From positions 672,001-736,000 of the forward strand of contig CBDBLX010000002.1 of assembly GCA_965207445.1 (NCBI GenBank): 64,000 bases of DNA, read 5' to 3'. The stretch is from Nitrosopumilus sp. (GTDB lineage Archaea > Thermoproteota > Nitrososphaeria > Nitrososphaerales > Nitrosopumilaceae). Below, one piece after another: positions 51,430 through 60,920 of the stretch. How positions within the stretch are numbered: position 1 is the first letter of the stretch; each line of letters starts with the position of its first letter. The notes under the pieces are model-generated. The model did no database searches. It worked only from the letters and a program-made list of their open reading frames with translations, and was not told the origin of the DNA. Position numbers and translations under genes: made by a program.

Positions 51430-51937
51430 TGGTACGTGACTTGCTACAATGTAACCGCCACGCAAAAGGTCTGGCTAGTATTAATGCATCTATACCTTGT
51501 CTGTCTTTTTTTTTTGATGCTGCAATCACCTTTGTTGATCTGGGATTGGATAAGATTACATCCGGATTTAATTTCTCCTTGAGGAATTTGTACATCTTAT
51601 ACCATACAGAGGATGATTCAATCACATACTTTGCACCGTCTGGAAATTTGACAAACTTTTTTTCCACAATTTTGTAATCACATTCTATCTTTTCATTTTG
51701 TAAAACTGTTCCATCAGATTGCATGATGGCAACCCGCATGAATTTTTTGTGAAGATCAATTCCGACAAAATACTCTTCAGGTGTCTTTGTCGATTTCTTT
51801 TTCTTCTTTTTCGTCACAGGGCTTGTAACTGTCTTCATATGTACACTTTTTTTACCCATAATCTGTTTGTTTGCATTTTTGGCTTTGTTATGGTTGGCAT
51901 CATCTAACCTACTTGATGTGCTTTTCTTTTTTTCCAC
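51430..51937 (-). pseudogene. IS110-family transposase remnant (DEDD domain only)
   Basis: YFVGIDLHKK, IESS, SNP; after correcting three small insertions it reads KKKTDKVDALILADLLRGGYI..SHVP, then is truncated. Confidence 0.85.
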
Positions 51938-51999
51938 ATATGATTAATTCCATAATTTTTTGTAGTATATGTTATATATGATTTGAGCCTATTGCATAT

Positions 52000-52947
52000 A
52001 TGATTTTGCACAAACAACTTATGCAACCTCTATTCGTTTTTGTGTTGGCGGTGTTTGTAATGTCGTCTACGTTTGTAGCAACTGATGCATTTGCAGACAT
52101 TCCTCCATGGATAAAGCAGAGTGCAGGATGGTGGGCCGATGGAATGATATCTGACAGTGAATTTCTGACAGGTATTTCTTATTTGATATCTACCAACACA
52201 ATTGTGGTCTCTATAGATGACATGCATGACGTTACCTCAGAAAAAGAAGATTCTGTTCCTCCATGGATAAAACAGAGTGCAGGATGGTGGGCCGATGGAC
52301 TGATATCTGATACTGACTTTCTTAGTGGTATTCAGTATTTAATACATGTAGGATTGATTACTGTCTCTGTATCTGATATGATCGGATCAGATAACGTCTC
52401 TAGTGAAGAAAATAACGAAAATGATGCTACTCTTGCAAAACTCAAATCAGATCTTGAAGAGTGCTCACAGATTACAAAAGCACACAAGCGAATTGATTGC
52501 GAAAAGCCGATCAAACAAGCAATTCTAGTACATGACTATAAAACAAATGCAGATGTGTTTTCAGTGGGGCCAATAAACTATTACTGGCTAGGATTAGATT
52601 CTGATGGGAATAGTTTTGAGATAACTCCATCTGGCCAAGCATTATTGGCGTTACGACTACTTGCAGAGAACACAAGCAACGAGATACAGTCACTGAACTG
52701 TACAAGTCCTGCTTTGTGTAATTATGATGTCTGGGATGGTTCTACTGCATTCCGGTATGCTGGTACTGACTTTACAAGTGGACAAATAGTACTAAATCCT
52801 GGTGATGCACGTGAATTCAATATACTCTTTGGACCTAATGTCGGATATGGGGGCTCAACGTTTCTGTATGATGAATCAAAAGATTATCATTTTAGAATAA
52901 ATGAATCATTTGGTTCTGTTATGATTCCAGTTGATATTCCAAACTAG
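52000..52947 (+). CDS. Secreted protein with two N-terminal [IV]PPWIKQSAGWW domains
   Basis: Signal peptide ending AFA; duplicated PPWIKQSAGWWADG.ISD..FL.GI.YLI. Confidence 0.8.
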   Translation: MILHKQLMQPLFVFVLAVFVMSSTFVATDAFADIPPWIKQSAGWWADGMISDSEFLTGISYLISTNTIVVSIDDMHDVTSEKEDSVPPWIKQSAGWWADGLISDTDFLSGIQYLIHVGLITVSVSDMIGSDNVSSEENNENDATLAKLKSDLEECSQITKAHKRIDCEKPIKQAILVHDYKTNADVFSVGPINYYWLGLDSDGNSFEITPSGQALLALRLLAENTSNEIQSLNCTSPALCNYDVWDGSTAFRYAGTDFTSGQIVLNPGDAREFNILFGPNVGYGGSTFLYDESKDYHFRINESFGSVMIPVDIPN

Positions 52948-53029
52948 TAACCCCACTATTTTTCATTTTTATATTTTTTTTTACCATCTGTATTGGATAT
53001 CATATACTTTTGATTAATATCTTGGCTTG

Positions 53030-53350
53030 TTATTGATTGATTGATTGCGTTTTATTACTTGTCGGCTCTATGGTTTTGTCTTTTTTGGATGTCTTTTTGC
53101 CTTTTCTCTTTTTTATGAGACTATACATAATCATCCCAACATTAATAATTGATATTATTTCTATGAGGTCCACACCATACAAAAGCCAATCAAGTATGGG
53201 GTGAACTCTTGAGACGTATCCTGCCTCTAACATTATATCTGCATTCCATACCATGTGTGGTATCTGTATGAATTGTATGATGGCAATCAATATCACACTT
53301 CCTAGTATTTTATCTTCGTACCAATTCCAAAATTTGTTCCAAATATTCAT
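53030..53350 (-). CDS. Small membrane hypothetical protein
   Basis: Two TM segments; QIPHM.W...YGVDLIEI. Confidence 0.72.
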   Translation of the reverse strand: MNIWNKFWNWYEDKILGSVILIAIIQFIQIPHMVWNADIMLEAGYVSRVHPILDWLLYGVDLIEIISIINVGMIMYSLIKKRKGKKTSKKDKTIEPTSNKTQSINQ

Positions 53351-53449
53351 AGTATTTTATGTATTTTTATTCTAAATAAAGTATATGAAAATTAGTGTTG
53401 TCTAATTAGTGATTCCTAATTAATCACAGCTAACTTGTACACATGATGG

Positions 53450-54997
53450 TCAGTGTGTATCCTTTTTTATCTTTTCACGTTTTATCCACACTGTGTCACC
53501 TTTACGATCCAAAATCTCAACATTCTCTGCCAATAATTCATCTCTTATTGTATCTGCTTTTTCATACTGTTTACTTTCTCTGAGTTTGTTGCGTTGTGTA
53601 ACAATGTCATCAATTCTCACATATTCATTGTCATATATCTTGCATATGTTCAATCCTAGTACGTTTAGCATATCTGTCATGTATGATATTGCATCTTTTG
53701 CCCATTTATGATCAAGTGTGTTTGTTACTATTTTGTTGTTTGTCTCTGATACTATTGTTAATAATGCTGATAGAGCCAAGTGCGTATTGAGGTCATCATT
53801 TAATGCATCTTTGAATTTCTGCTTCATCCTTACAAGATCGTTTGGTTTGTGATGTGTTGGAATATTTTCATCCGTTGGCTTGTAATCTTTGTCTATTCTA
53901 GTTGCATGTATGAGCTCAAAATAACATGCTTCTATATGACGCCATCGTGTAAGACTCTCTTGAATATTCTCTTCTGAATAATCAATTGGCTTTGCATAAT
54001 GCGCTGATAAGCAAAACAGCCTAATTACATTTGGTCCCCAGTCATTCAATGCTTGCCTTACTGATCTGATGTTGCCAAGTGACTTTGACATTTTCTCACC
54101 TTGAATAGTTACCATTCCAACATGCATCCAAATTCTAGCAAACGTATTGCCTGTACATGACTCGGATTGCGCAATCTCATTTTCATGATGTGGGAATATC
54201 AGATCACGTCCACCTCCGTGTATGTCTATTGTATCTCCGAGATACTTTGTACTCATGGCAGAGCATTCTATATGCCAGCCTGGCCTTCCATTCCCCCATG
54301 GACTTTTCCATGATGGATTACCGTCTTCAAATTTCCATAAAGCAAAATCCAGCGGATCTCGTTTTGCTTCATCTACTTGTATTCGTGCACCTGTCCTCAG
54401 TTCATTTACCCTTTTTTTTGAGAGGCAACAATATTTTGAATATTGAGACACTGCAAAATATACTCCGTTTTTTGATACATATGCCATATTTCTTTTGATC
54501 AATTTTTCAACAAATTTTATTATGTCTGAAATGTGTTCTGTTGCTTTAGGGTACGCATCTGCTCTGATTACGTTGAGCGCATCGAACTCTGTATAGTATC
54601 TCTCAATGTATCTGTTGCTTATCTCTTGTGCTGCTACATTTTCCATCTGTGCACGTGTGATTATTTTGTCATCAACATCGGTAAAATTTTGTATCATTTT
54701 GACTTTGAGGTTTTGCTCAAGATATCGTCTGAGTACGTCAAACACAATTATAGTTCTTGCATGGCCGATATGTGCATCATCATATACGGTTACACCGCAC
54801 AGGTATATTGATATTGTATTATTATTATTATTATTATTTTTTTTGACCAGTTTCTTTTTTTTATCTGATAACGTATCGTGGATTACTATGTTGCTATCTA
54901 CTGCCGTCTCACTATCTACTGTCTCCAACCTGTGCTGCTCATCTTGCGTCAGTGGAGGGATGTCACTATCTACTGCCGTCTCACTATCTACTGTCAT
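53450..54997 (-). CDS. cysS: Cysteinyl-tRNA synthetase with duplicated N-terminal extension
   Basis: [34 protein letters not shown]. Confidence 0.96.
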   Translation of the reverse strand: MTVDSETAVDSDIPPLTQDEQHRLETVDSETAVDSNIVIHDTLSDKKKKLVKKNNNNNNNTISIYLCGVTVYDDAHIGHARTIIVFDVLRRYLEQNLKVKMIQNFTDVDDKIITRAQMENVAAQEISNRYIERYYTEFDALNVIRADAYPKATEHISDIIKFVEKLIKRNMAYVSKNGVYFAVSQYSKYCCLSKKRVNELRTGARIQVDEAKRDPLDFALWKFEDGNPSWKSPWGNGRPGWHIECSAMSTKYLGDTIDIHGGGRDLIFPHHENEIAQSESCTGNTFARIWMHVGMVTIQGEKMSKSLGNIRSVRQALNDWGPNVIRLFCLSAHYAKPIDYSEENIQESLTRWRHIEACYFELIHATRIDKDYKPTDENIPTHHKPNDLVRMKQKFKDALNDDLNTHLALSALLTIVSETNNKIVTNTLDHKWAKDAISYMTDMLNVLGLNICKIYDNEYVRIDDIVTQRNKLRESKQYEKADTIRDELLAENVEILDRKGDTVWIKREKIKKDTH

Positions 54998-55010
54998 ATT
55001 TACTCACACT

Positions 55011-55835
55011 TCAAATATCATGTGACTGTTGCCCACTCTCTTCTCTTACTGGCGTATCTCTTTTATGCTTGCTTTTCTGATTCATTTTTGCTATTTTTTG
55101 TACTATTTCTATGTCTATGTGTAATGTCTGCGCTGTTTTTTGTATTGACATGCCTTTTTCGATCATACACCACAATATCGCATCTACATCTTCATACGTA
55201 GCGCCAATCTCCTCTTCTGCACTTTTACCATCTTTTTGCAGAAATGGATTGCTTTTTTTCTCTATTATTTTATCTGGTACTTTGAGATGCCTTGCAAGCT
55301 CACGCACTTGTGTTTTGTACAATGTTACTATTGGCATTACATCTGATGCACCGTCACCGTATTTTGTGAAATATCCGATCATATATTCACTTTTATCACT
55401 TGAACCTAATACAAGTCTGTTCTTTGCGTTTGCATAATAGTATAAAATATTCGATCGAATTCTGGCACAGAGATTGGCTCGTGATAACTTGTTTGGTTCC
55501 AAGTACATACTATACTCGTGAACTATGGGACTAATATCAATCAGTTTGTATTCTAATCCTAGAATTGATATGATTCTATGAGCATCTTCGGTCTCTGATT
55601 CTGGTGTTACTGTAGTGTCTGGCATTATGATTGCAAGTGTGTTTTTGCGTATCTCTTCTTCTGCTTTGCATATATATGCTAAAACTGCTGAATCTATACC
55701 GCCACTGAGTCCAAACACTACTCCTTTTGCTTGTGCATTGTTTAATTGAGTCTTGATGAGATTTATGGTGCGACGTGTGATCTCATCATAGTCCTTGTTT
55801 ATGATATTTGATATTATATCTGTACTCAATAACAT
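55011..55835 (-). CDS. nadE: NH3-dependent NAD+ synthetase
   Basis: GLSGGIDS, GYFTKYGDG, LYKTQV. Confidence 0.93.
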   Translation of the reverse strand: MLLSTDIISNIINKDYDEITRRTINLIKTQLNNAQAKGVVFGLSGGIDSAVLAYICKAEEEIRKNTLAIIMPDTTVTPESETEDAHRIISILGLEYKLIDISPIVHEYSMYLEPNKLSRANLCARIRSNILYYYANAKNRLVLGSSDKSEYMIGYFTKYGDGASDVMPIVTLYKTQVRELARHLKVPDKIIEKKSNPFLQKDGKSAEEEIGATYEDVDAILWCMIEKGMSIQKTAQTLHIDIEIVQKIAKMNQKSKHKRDTPVREESGQQSHDI

Positions 55836-55879
55836 AATATCTGTAATATGTTAGAATAAAGGTTTTGATGACAATGATC

Positions 55880-55954
55880 GTGATGATGATAGTGATGATG
55901 ATAGTGATGATGATAGTGATGGTGATAGTGATGGTGATAGTGATGGTGATCGTG
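55880..55954. repeat. 12-bp tandem repeat (GTGATG[A/G]TGATA x~6) upstream of nadE
   Basis: Three A-type units followed by three G-type units. Confidence 0.9.
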
Positions 55955-56026
55955 CTCTTGTAATATTTTTCTAATGTTTTGATACAATCCAAACATTACA
56001 ATAATTATTTTCTTTATATGATACAC

Positions 56027-56107
56027 GTAAAAGGTCAATTCTCGTGTCTGTTCTAGATGTTAGGCAATGAATCTGTGCCTAAATTTGGGAAGGGATTGAG
56101 CAGTTAC
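56027..56107 (-). mobile_element. MITE family A, degenerate copy
   Basis: Core AGATGTTAGGC...TGTGCCTAAATTTGGGAA; GTAA/TTAC ends; flanks ATGATACAC/ATGATATAC (8/9 TSD). Confidence 0.8.
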
Positions 56108-56195
56108 ATGATATACGTGTGCGTGTGTTGTGTGTGTGTTGTGATTATACATTTGATGTCATGTAACTTTTGATGAACTTTTACATGGAAAACTC

Positions 56196-56501
56196 TCATT
56201 CTACGTCAACATATATGCCATCATCTCTGACTTGCACTTGATATGTTTGCAGCTTTACACCTTTAATGTAGTCTTTTAACTCTCCTGTTTTGATATTATA
56301 GTGCCAAAAGTGCAGGGGACACTCTACAATATCTCCGTCTAGTTTACCTGGTGCAATTGAACCATCTTGATGCACGCACAAATCATCTATTGCATGGTAG
56401 CCGTCTTGGTTGAAAAGTGCAATCTGTTTGCCATCTATATTAAATGCCTTTCCTTTACCGTCTGCTACGTCACCTTTTTGCGCAATTTTTCTCCATGCCA
56501 T
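56196..56501 (-). CDS. Rieske [2Fe-2S] ferredoxin
   Basis: CVH...CPLH. Confidence 0.9.
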   Translation of the reverse strand: MAWRKIAQKGDVADGKGKAFNIDGKQIALFNQDGYHAIDDLCVHQDGSIAPGKLDGDIVECPLHFWHYNIKTGELKDYIKGVKLQTYQVQVRDDGIYVDVE

Positions 56502-56725
56502 GATTGTTGTGTATGTGGCATGTATTTAGATTGTTTGAATGCTTGGTACAATTAATTCAACACAACTGTTTAATTTCTATGTGTGGCGACCGTTTATTCC
56601 ATACACTTGCATTAATGAAGAAATAACTGAATTAGTATCTAAAATAAGATGACAAACGTGTGGACAATTATTTGAATATATAAATTAATCACGTCTATAG
56701 GATTTTATACTGTACATCAGGAGCT

Positions 56726-57982
56726 TTGATGATGAGCAAGGTAAAAGGTAGCTCTAAACTGGCACGACAAGGGGAAATGTCATATGAATGGGCAAGATCT
56801 CATATGCATATACTTGATAATACAATATCTAGATTAAAGAAAAGAGGGAATGGCAAACCACTTGATGGAGTTACAATTGGGCTCTGTTTGCATATTACAA
56901 AGGAAACATCAGTACTGTTAATGGGTCTAAAAGACTTGGGTGCCAATGTGGCGTGTTGCGGTGGCAATCCACTTACGACTCAAGACGACATTGCTGTGTT
57001 TTTGGCATCTCGTGGTATACACACGTATGCATGGAGTACTGAGACGCAAAAAGAGTACGAGTGGTGCATCTCAAAGGTACTCTCCCATAAACCATCCATA
57101 TTGGTCGATGATGGTGCTGATATGAACATCACTGCCCACTTTGACTCTAAATTCTCAGATCTACATATACTAGGCGCAACAGAGGAGACCACCGCAGGTG
57201 TGACTCGTATACGTGCAGTTCAAAAACAAGGCAAGCTCAAGTATCCTGTAATCTTGGTTAATGAGGCTCACACAAAAAATCTGTTTGATAACAGATATGG
57301 TACCGGCCAGTCATCAATTGATGGGTATCTACGTGCTATGAATCTCTTGATGGCATCAAAACGTGTCGTGGTTGCAGGATATGGGTGGGTTGGTAAAGGA
57401 GTTGCTGCTCGCTGTCGAGGCATGGGATCGCGTGTTGTCGTCACAGAAGTTGATCCCGTACGGGCACTTGAAGCGCACATGGATGGCTTTGATGTGGAGC
57501 CAATGTCAAAAGCATGTAAAACCGGTCAAATATTTATCACATGTACTGGAATGCGTGATGTTATAACAGGTGAGCATATTGATAAGATGCCTAACTCTGC
57601 TATAATGGGTAATGTGGGACATTTTGATGTTGAGATTGACAGCGACTATTTGTTAGAGCAATCAAAATCTGTTCGTGAAGTTAGGCCAAACCTTGATGAA
57701 TGCACTCTCAAAAATGGCAAAAAAGTATATCTTATTGGTAAAGGACGTCTTGCAAATTTGGTTGCAGCAGAAGGACACCCTCCTGAAGTAATGGCCCAGT
57801 CGTTCTCAAACCAACTGAGCTCTATATTTTACATTCTAGAGAACCACAATACGATGAAAAATGAGATTATAACCGTACCAGAGTCAATTGACAAGCAAGT
57901 AGCAATTGATGCATTGGATGCTATGGATGTGAAGATTGACAAGCTTACGCCAATTCAGAAGAAATATGCTGAGAGTTGGTAA
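56726..57982 (+). CDS. ahcY: Adenosylhomocysteinase
   Basis: NPLTTQD, DDGAD, EETT, FDNRYGTG, GYGWVGKG, EGHP. Confidence 0.96.
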   Translation: MMMSKVKGSSKLARQGEMSYEWARSHMHILDNTISRLKKRGNGKPLDGVTIGLCLHITKETSVLLMGLKDLGANVACCGGNPLTTQDDIAVFLASRGIHTYAWSTETQKEYEWCISKVLSHKPSILVDDGADMNITAHFDSKFSDLHILGATEETTAGVTRIRAVQKQGKLKYPVILVNEAHTKNLFDNRYGTGQSSIDGYLRAMNLLMASKRVVVAGYGWVGKGVAARCRGMGSRVVVTEVDPVRALEAHMDGFDVEPMSKACKTGQIFITCTGMRDVITGEHIDKMPNSAIMGNVGHFDVEIDSDYLLEQSKSVREVRPNLDECTLKNGKKVYLIGKGRLANLVAAEGHPPEVMAQSFSNQLSSIFYILENHNTMKNEIITVPESIDKQVAIDALDAMDVKIDKLTPIQKKYAESW

Positions 57983-58047
57983 GCTTTTAACTCTTGTATG
58001 TGTTGTTGTATTATTGATTAATGGTAGTGGTGGTGGTGATGTGACAG

Positions 58048-59799
58048 ATGGTATCTAAAAAGGCAATCATTACAAGCGCACTTCCATATGCAAATGGAGA
58101 GATACATTTGGGGCATGTGGCATCTACATATTTGCCTGCTGATGTGACGTGCAGATATCTAAAACTAAAGGGCGTACAGGCTTACTATATCTGTGCATCT
58201 GATGATTTTGGAACACCCATCCTCATCCAGTCTGAGAAAAAGGGCATTACACCAAAAGAGTATGTTGCACAATGGAATAAACGCGACCGCGAGGATTTTG
58301 AGGCGCTTGGAATAGAGTTTGACTACTTTTCACAGACTAGTTCACAACGTAACATACAGTTTGTTCAAGATGTATTCTCCAAATTGTTTCGTGCAGGGCA
58401 CATATATGAAAATGAAATATTGCAATTTTACTGTGAGTCTTGTGCAAAGTTTCTTCCTGACCGTTATGTCAAAGGTACATGTCCATCCTGTGGCGCAGTT
58501 GATCAATACTCTGATCTGTGTGAGGTATGTAGTAGAATACCAGACGATATACATGATCCAAAGTGTGCAATATGTGGCGATACTCCTACAAAGAAGAGAA
58601 CTAGTCATTCGTTTTTTCGACTGAGCAGCTTTGCACAAGATTTGTCAAAGTGGCTTGATGATAATGTGAATCTTCAAAAAGATGTAAAACGATATGTACA
58701 GCACTGGATATCAACAGGGCTCTCAGATTGGGATATCACTCGTGACATACCATGGGGGGTTCCGGTGCCGTTGCAGCAAGCTGACGGCAGTGACTCAAAA
58801 AATGTACATACTTCAAAGGTATTTTATGGGTGGTTTGATAACCATTTGGCTTATATCTCATCGGCAATTGAGTTTTTAGAGAAAAAAAATATTGATGGAA
58901 AAGAGTTTTGGAACTCTGCTGACATCTATCACTTTATTGGCAAAGATATTGTATATCACCACTATCTGTTTCTTCCTGCGATGCGGCTTGGTATTGATTC
59001 AGAATACAAACTTCCTGATTTTATACCTACACGTGGACACCTTACGTTACAGTCAAAAAAGATATCAAAAAGTAGAAATTGGTATATTGGATTGCGTGAA
59101 TTCTTACAGTATTACCCTGCTGATTATCTGAGATACTATCTTGCATCCATTAACCCTTACTCTCAAGATGACATCAATTTTGACTGGGACGAGTTTGCAT
59201 TAAAGATAAACTCTGAATTAATTGGAAATCTTGGCAACTTTGTGAACCGTGCATTAGGGTTTACTGTAAAAAAGTTCGATGGTGTGGTGCCTAAAACCAC
59301 TTTATCTGTTGACGATATCTATAATGATATTTCTAATGATATTTCTAATGATATTTCTAATGATGATAGTAAAGCCATAAAGCAGATCACAACACTAAGT
59401 TCTGAGATTGGTATGTTAATGGAACAAAATCACCTTGATCGTGCACTTAAAAGGTTGATGGCATTCTCTTCTCACTTTAATCAGTACTTTCAACACAAAG
59501 AGCCATGGCGAGGTGAGTCACCGTCTGCTGAAAACTGCATATTTCTGTCTGTTAATGCAGCACGTAGTATTGCAATTGCGTTATACCCATTTCTCTCAAA
59601 CTCTGCATCAAAGATGTGGATGCAACTGGGACTTGATAATTGTGGTGGCGTTGAGGACTGTTCTTGGAGTGACATATCAAATATAATCATTAAACCTGGC
59701 CATAAATTGGGCCATGTCTCGCCATTGTTTGAACGCATCGATGAAAAAGAAATTAAGCAACACAAACAGAAACTAGGTCATTTTGATGATGCTACATAA
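58048..59799 (+). CDS. metG: Methionyl-tRNA synthetase
   Basis: ALPYANG.IHLGH, Zn knuckles, FIGKDI, KISKS. Confidence 0.96.
   Translation: MVSKKAIITSALPYANGEIHLGHVASTYLPADVTCRYLKLKGVQAYYICASDDFGTPILIQSEKKGITPKEYVAQWNKRDREDFEALGIEFDYFSQTSSQRNIQFVQDVFSKLFRAGHIYENEILQFYCESCAKFLPDRYVKGTCPSCGAVDQYSDLCEVCSRIPDDIHDPKCAICGDTPTKKRTSHSFFRLSSFAQDLSKWLDDNVNLQKDVKRYVQHWISTGLSDWDITRDIPWGVPVPLQQADGSDSKNVHTSKVFYGWFDNHLAYISSAIEFLEKKNIDGKEFWNSADIYHFIGKDIVYHHYLFLPAMRLGIDSEYKLPDFIPTRGHLTLQSKKISKSRNWYIGLREFLQYYPADYLRYYLASINPYSQDDINFDWDEFALKINSELIGNLGNFVNRALGFTVKKFDGVVPKTTLSVDDIYNDISNDISNDISNDDSKAIKQITTLSSEIGMLMEQNHLDRALKRLMAFSSHFNQYFQHKEPWRGESPSAENCIFLSVNAARSIAIALYPFLSNSASKMWMQLGLDNCGGVEDCSWSDISNIIIKPGHKLGHVSPLFERIDEKEIKQHKQKLGHFDDAT
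59322..59364. repeat. Coding 12-bp tandem repeat in metG (NDIS x3)
   Basis: TAATGATATTTC x3.5. Confidence 0.9.
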
Positions 59800-59928
59800 T
59801 GTTGATTCTGATGATGATAAACGTATGTCTGTATTTATACGAGGCAGACGATCCTGGACACTACTTGAGCAAGTACTAAAATTTACAAACAACCAAATGA
59901 TCGACACAATCTCTAATATGTCGAATAA

Positions 59929-60010
59929 GTAACCGTTCAACCCCACGTACCTGCGCCAGATGTTAGGTGGTGAATTTGTGCCTAAATTTGGGAAGGAGTT
60001 GAACGGTTAC
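59929..60010 (-). mobile_element. MITE family A copy with perfect 9-bp TSD
   Basis: 13-bp TIR GTAACCGTTCAAC; GTCGAATAA at 59920-59928 and 60011-60019. Confidence 0.92.
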
Positions 60011-60059
60011 GTCGAATAAAATATCTAGATTTTTATCGACATGATGCTGACTAGTCAAC

Positions 60060-60887
60060 ATGTCTAAGAAAGATATCTCAACTACACATCATGCTCCAAA
60101 TATGATGTCTAAATTTGCTAGAATTACCACCAGACACTCTTATGATCTGAGTACTGGCAAGGCCTTGCATTCTCAGATCAGATACAGATTATATCCAAAA
60201 TACTATTTCAAAGGTATGATTAACACTCCTGAACTATTCATTATGGTTCATGGACTTCGAAATGATGAGCGTGGTGCATCTGAAAAGCTAAAAATTGCAC
60301 AAAATATGCTACAGAGACTCTGGCATGGTGATGATTCATACCATGCAGTAGGATTCAGTTACGACTCTAATACTAGAGGTGCACATATCAGTCGTTACCA
60401 AAAACATGCACTAGCAGTAGGACGTCGCATCGCAAAGGCAAATAGAAAATACTTGGCTCAGTTTTTATTAGACTTTAAAAAAAATAGCAAAAATACAAAG
60501 ATTAGATTGCTTGGACACTCACTTGGCTCAGAGGTCATACATCACACCATTGTACATCTTGCAAGTTTGTCGAAACTCCACTCGACACACAATATTATTG
60601 AAAGTGCTCATTTTTTTGGCTCGTCTCTACCCAATAATATTCAACATGATGCAAAAGTGTGCAATGCAATTGATCATTGCATAAGTGACAAACTTGTAAA
60701 CTATTATGCACCTACTGATGATGTTTTATCATATGCTACAAAAACAAAGATAATTTCTGGTGCCCGTCCACTTGGGTTATGTGGTGTTGCATCTGGCCCT
60801 GTTGCTGCCAAGTATAGACAATACAAAGTATGCCCTGAAAATCACCGGTTTGCAAGCTATGCAACTGCACTAGAATCATTTCCATGA
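60060..60887 (+). CDS. Alpha/beta-hydrolase fold protein (DUF726/DUF900-like)
   Basis: MVHG oxyanion motif, GHSLG nucleophile elbow, DDVL, NH. Confidence 0.8.
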   Translation: MSKKDISTTHHAPNMMSKFARITTRHSYDLSTGKALHSQIRYRLYPKYYFKGMINTPELFIMVHGLRNDERGASEKLKIAQNMLQRLWHGDDSYHAVGFSYDSNTRGAHISRYQKHALAVGRRIAKANRKYLAQFLLDFKKNSKNTKIRLLGHSLGSEVIHHTIVHLASLSKLHSTHNIIESAHFFGSSLPNNIQHDAKVCNAIDHCISDKLVNYYAPTDDVLSYATKTKIISGARPLGLCGVASGPVAAKYRQYKVCPENHRFASYATALESFP

Positions 60888-60920
60888 TGTGTAAACGACT
60901 AACTCTTAAGACGCCCTACT

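Noticed and set aside
51158..51937. Intact 259-aa IS110 transposase
   Set aside because: Frameshifted at ~51510; the last third of the ORF is the antisense of a different element.
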